Source: Welwitschia mirabilis
Taxonomy: Eukaryota
Reading direction: 5' to 3'
Assembly: GCA_051453625.1 (NCBI GenBank)
Contig: JBOZIK010000001.1
Location: 32,945,172 to 33,000,667 of the forward strand
Length of the DNA: 55,496 nucleotides
Part shown: positions 51,720 through 55,496 of the stretch, piece by piece
How the letters are laid out: every line of letters starts with the position of its first letter
How positions within the stretch are numbered: the stretch's first letter is position 1
Position numbers and translations under genes: made by a program
Notes under the pieces: generated by a model
Seen by the model: only the letters and a program-made list of their open reading frames with translations
What the model was told of the DNA's origin: nothing
The model's database searches: none

Positions 51720-54700
51720 TCATTAATCAATCTTATCATTATCATTCACATGTCTAAATCACTTTTACATAAAGTCTATCCAACTTGTTATTAATTAATA
51801 TTATCATTATCATACATGTCAATGCCACTTTTACACAAGTCCATTTAACTTGTCATTGATCAATCTTATCAAGTGAAAGAGCTTTTTTAATCTTATGGGT
51901 AAAATGATGTAGATGGTTTTTAACCAATTATATTAAGGACCTTTTATATACCATCTATCTATAAATAGAGCCCTCTCCCTTCTTCTTAAACTAGTATTCT
52001 TAAAGCAAGTTTATGCTACCAATTTTTTTTCTCAATCTTTCTTCATCTTAAGTGTAGAGTTGAAGCTTAGAGCTTGAAGCTAGGAGCTTAAAGCTTAGAA
52101 ATTAGAGCTTGGAATCTTAGAGATAGGATTTTGGAGATTAGAAATTAGAGCTTGAAATCTTGGAAATAGGATCTTAGAGCTTATCACTTCCTCAATCTTC
52201 TTCAATAATAATCAATCTTCTTCCCTTTAAGTAGGTTCTTCTTTTATGAAAATTTTAGCTCCATTTATTACATTAGGCCTATGCACATCATTTGAATTTT
52301 ACCTCCCATTAGATGATATTAAGATAAAGGAGAGATTTAAGGGATCTTTTTAAAAGTTTAGTTTATGGATCTACCAATGGTTATAAATACATTTTCTTCT
52401 CTCCAATTAGCGTAGGAGAGAGTCGAGGGACCTCTTAACATGCTTAGCTTTTATGTGTCCAATGGATATTTTGGTTAAGTGACTAAGGGGTTCACTATGA
52501 TTCTACGTATCCATATTGTATTGCATTGTGTTATTATTTGAATTCATTTTACATCATATCTGCATTAGAGTCTTATTAGGGTAAATGAGTCTGATCCTCA
52601 AGAATCTATTTATGCTAGACACTCCTCCTTAGAAAAATCCTAAGAATCATGGTATTGATGTATTATTTATTATAAGTTTATAGTACTTCTAATTATATTT
52701 ATTTATTTATTTAGAATACAAATTCATAGTCATTAATTGATTTTATTTCTGTAAACTAGTATGATTTCTCTTATGCTTAGTTTAGTTAAAGTTTATCGTT
52801 TATTCTTTTTAAGTCAAGCAAATTAAGAAAGTAATAACTCATTTAATATTAAATAAAATTTTAAGAAATTTTATTTTAGGTCTAGAATTATGTTAGGAAG
52901 TTAAAATTCTTAAAATAGTCATTTTTCTAAGGCTAAAATAATTTTTAAAATTTATTTTATAAAAATATCTTAGAATTTATAAGCAAAAAACAACAATAAA
53001 AAAGTTTTAGTTTTTAGAATTTAAAGAGAGTTATGGGTACATATTAAGTAGTTCACATTATATAGAATTGATTAAGCTTTCCAAAAAGTATTTATTCATA
53101 AAAAAAGGCCAAGTATATTAAAAGCTATAGCGATTTTAGTGAAGGATGTTACTTGGTAATTCTAAAACTTAGGCGGTTTTAATAGTTAAAATTTTGAGCC
53201 TATAAAATACATCTAGGTTATTTCAAACCTATTTATTTTAAATATTATTTATGATTTTTAGTTAAGTTATGTTTATTTTTCTACCCTTTTCATATACTTT
53301 TTATTGAATTTAGGCTCTTATTCTTTCCTTTCATGCATAAACATTAGGGATGTCTACTTAATGATTCTAGAGATGTATTACCTAATTANNNNNNNNNNNN
53401 NNNNNNNNNNNNNNNNNNNNNNNNNNNNNNNNNNNNNNNNNNNNNNNNNNNNNNNNNNNNNNNNNNNNNNNNNNNNNNNNNNNNNNNNAAAACAGTAATT
53501 TTCTAGGGCTAAAATAATTTTTAAAATTTATTTTATAAAATATCTTAGAATTTATAAACATAATACATTAAGTAAAAAGTTTCTGTTTACAGAGTTTACA
53601 AAGAGCTCTAGTAAAAATGGAGTAGTCCACATTGTAGATAATTGAATAATATTTCCAAAAAGTATTTAGTCATTGAAAAATCCAAGTATATTAAAAGTTA
53701 TAATCATTTTAGTAAAGGGTATTAGTTTGGTAATCCTAAAACTTAGGCAGTTTTTATAGTTAAAAGTTTAAGCATGTAAAATACATAAAGGCTATTTCAA
53801 ACTTATTAAGATTAGCTTTTAAGAATAGTATTAAGGAAATCAAGTCTATTTTATTTTTACATTTTTAAATAATTCATTATAAATTTTTAGTTTTAATGTC
53901 TTCTAAAAGGTAAAAAAATTTGTAATTAATGTTAATAATTATAAAAAGTATCTAATGGAAGTACCAAATTATTTTAAATATTTTTTATGATTTCTAGTTA
54001 AGTTATGTTTATTTTCATACCTTTTTTATATACTTTTTATTGAAATTTAAGCTCTTATTATTTCCTTTCATGCATAAACATCAAGGATGTCTACTTAATG
54101 ATTCTAGAGATGTGTTGCCCAAATAATTAGCTTTATTAATATCTTTTTCTAATAATATATGCATATATTCTACCTAGCTTTATTTCAATATAGATACTTT
54201 GCAATGATAAAGGGTATTTTCAAGTTGGCTTAGTTTCATAAATGAAGCATGTTTTTATGATGGAACTTGGATGTATAAATGTATCTTATTTGAAAGAATT
54301 ACTGTAATGTAGAAAAATAAAGAGATGTTTCTTTTATTTATTTTCATTACTAAACTTTGAAAAATGTATGATTTTATTTTATAAAAACCAAAAAGATGCT
54401 TGTACATTATATTTTTCTTTTGTATGATTGTTTACTTAAAACAAATCCAATGATGATTAGAATTATTTTTATTAGGTAAATAATCCACTAAATATTCACA
54501 TATTGTATGCTTGCATTTGTATGNNNNNNNNNNNNNNNNNNNNNNNNNNNNNNNNNNNNNNNNNNNNNNNNNNNNNNNNNNNNNNNNNNNNNNNNNNNNN
54601 NNNNNNNNNNNNNNNNNNNNNNNATTTTTTTAAAGATATTCATATATTTTACCTAGATTTATTTTTATGTAGACACTTAGCAATGATAAAAATAATTTTC

Positions 54701-54950
54701 AAGTTGGATTAGTTTCATAAATAAAGCATGTTTTTACAATAGAACTTGGATGTACAATTGTGTCTTATTTGAAAGAATTACTATAATGTAGAAAAATAAA
54801 GAGATATTTTCTTTCATTTATTTTTATTACTAAACTTTGAAAAATGTATGATTTTATTTTATGAAAAAACAAAAAGTTGCTTGTACATTATATTTTTCTT
54901 CTGTATGATTATTTACTTAAAATGAATCCAATGATGATTAGAATTATTNN
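51720..54950 (+). mobile_element. Probable long LTR-like or other TE-derived non-coding sequence with internal duplications
   Basis: CTATAAATAGAGCCC TATA at ~51959 followed by a pyrimidine-rich leader. Heptamer repeats at 52055-52182. Duplicated blocks 52920-53388/53500-54120 and 54170-54470/54650-54948. No termini or coding motifs identified. Confidence 0.4.
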
Positions 54951-55496
54951 NNNNNNNNNNNNNNNNNNNNNNNNNNNNNNNNNNNNNNNNNNNNNNNNNN
55001 NNNNNNNNNNNNNNNNNNNNNNNNNNNNNNNNNNNNNNNNNNNNNNNNNNNNNNNNNNNNNNNNNNNNNNNNNNNNNNNNNNNNNNNNNNNNNNNNNNNN
55101 NNNNNNNNNNNNNNNNNNNNNNNNNNNNNNNNNNNNNNNNNNNNNNNNNNNNNNNNNNNNNNNNNNNNNNNNNNNNNNNNNNNNNNNNNNNNNNNNNNNN
55201 NNNNTTTAGTAAGAGATAAAATCCTTATTATTTCCCTCTATTAAAAGCATTAATTAAAAACTATATTATTGATAGAAAATCTAATCTTTGTAATGTTCAT
55301 CTCAAGAGTTTGTAACTTCCTTTAATAATTGCTCTTTTTAAGATGATCCTCTCCTCCATGATGCCTTAATTGTTTCACATTTACCATTATAGAGAAGAGA
55401 GTGATTGGCTTCTTAAGTCTCATCATGAACATTAACCATCCATTTGCAATAAATTTTTCCTCTCCTCTCATAAACTTATTTCATCACATTAAATTA

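Noticed and set aside
52055..52182. Interstitial telomeric repeat
   Set aside because: There are no TTTAGGG units; only the 7-bp period is shared.
2618..55209. Numerous long ORFs composed mostly of X
   Set aside because: They are artefacts of translating N gaps and carry no coding evidence.

Overview
This is plant nuclear DNA from a gappy draft assembly: very AT-rich, with many N runs. It is not prokaryotic, and most ORFs in the supplied track are N-run artefacts or transposon debris. One host gene looks intact: a 3-exon, kinase-less wall-associated-kinase-like protein (GUB_WAK_bind-type ectodomain with a hydrophobic C-terminal tail) at 17441-18594 (+), lying in a ~2 kb CpG-rich island. The rest is heavily C>T/G>A-decayed retroelement sequence. 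From left to right: a three-level nest in which a Sirevirus-like solo LTR (GCTAT TSD) sits in the 5' LTR of an Athila-like Ty3/gypsy element, which itself interrupts a Ty1/copia element; an L1-type LINE remnant; 2-3 tRNA-like SINE candidates downstream of the gene; four partial copies of a second Athila-like family in both orientations; and a complete non-autonomous, gag-only (TR-GAG-like) LTR element with a higher-order 20-bp repeat array. Many segments are duplicated across N gaps, probably haplotype or assembly artefacts. I found no convincing wholly new biological system. The best leads are the spliced kinase-less WAK-like gene, the TR-GAG-like element and its array, and the SINE candidates. 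All family assignments come from motifs recognised by eye, not from database searches.
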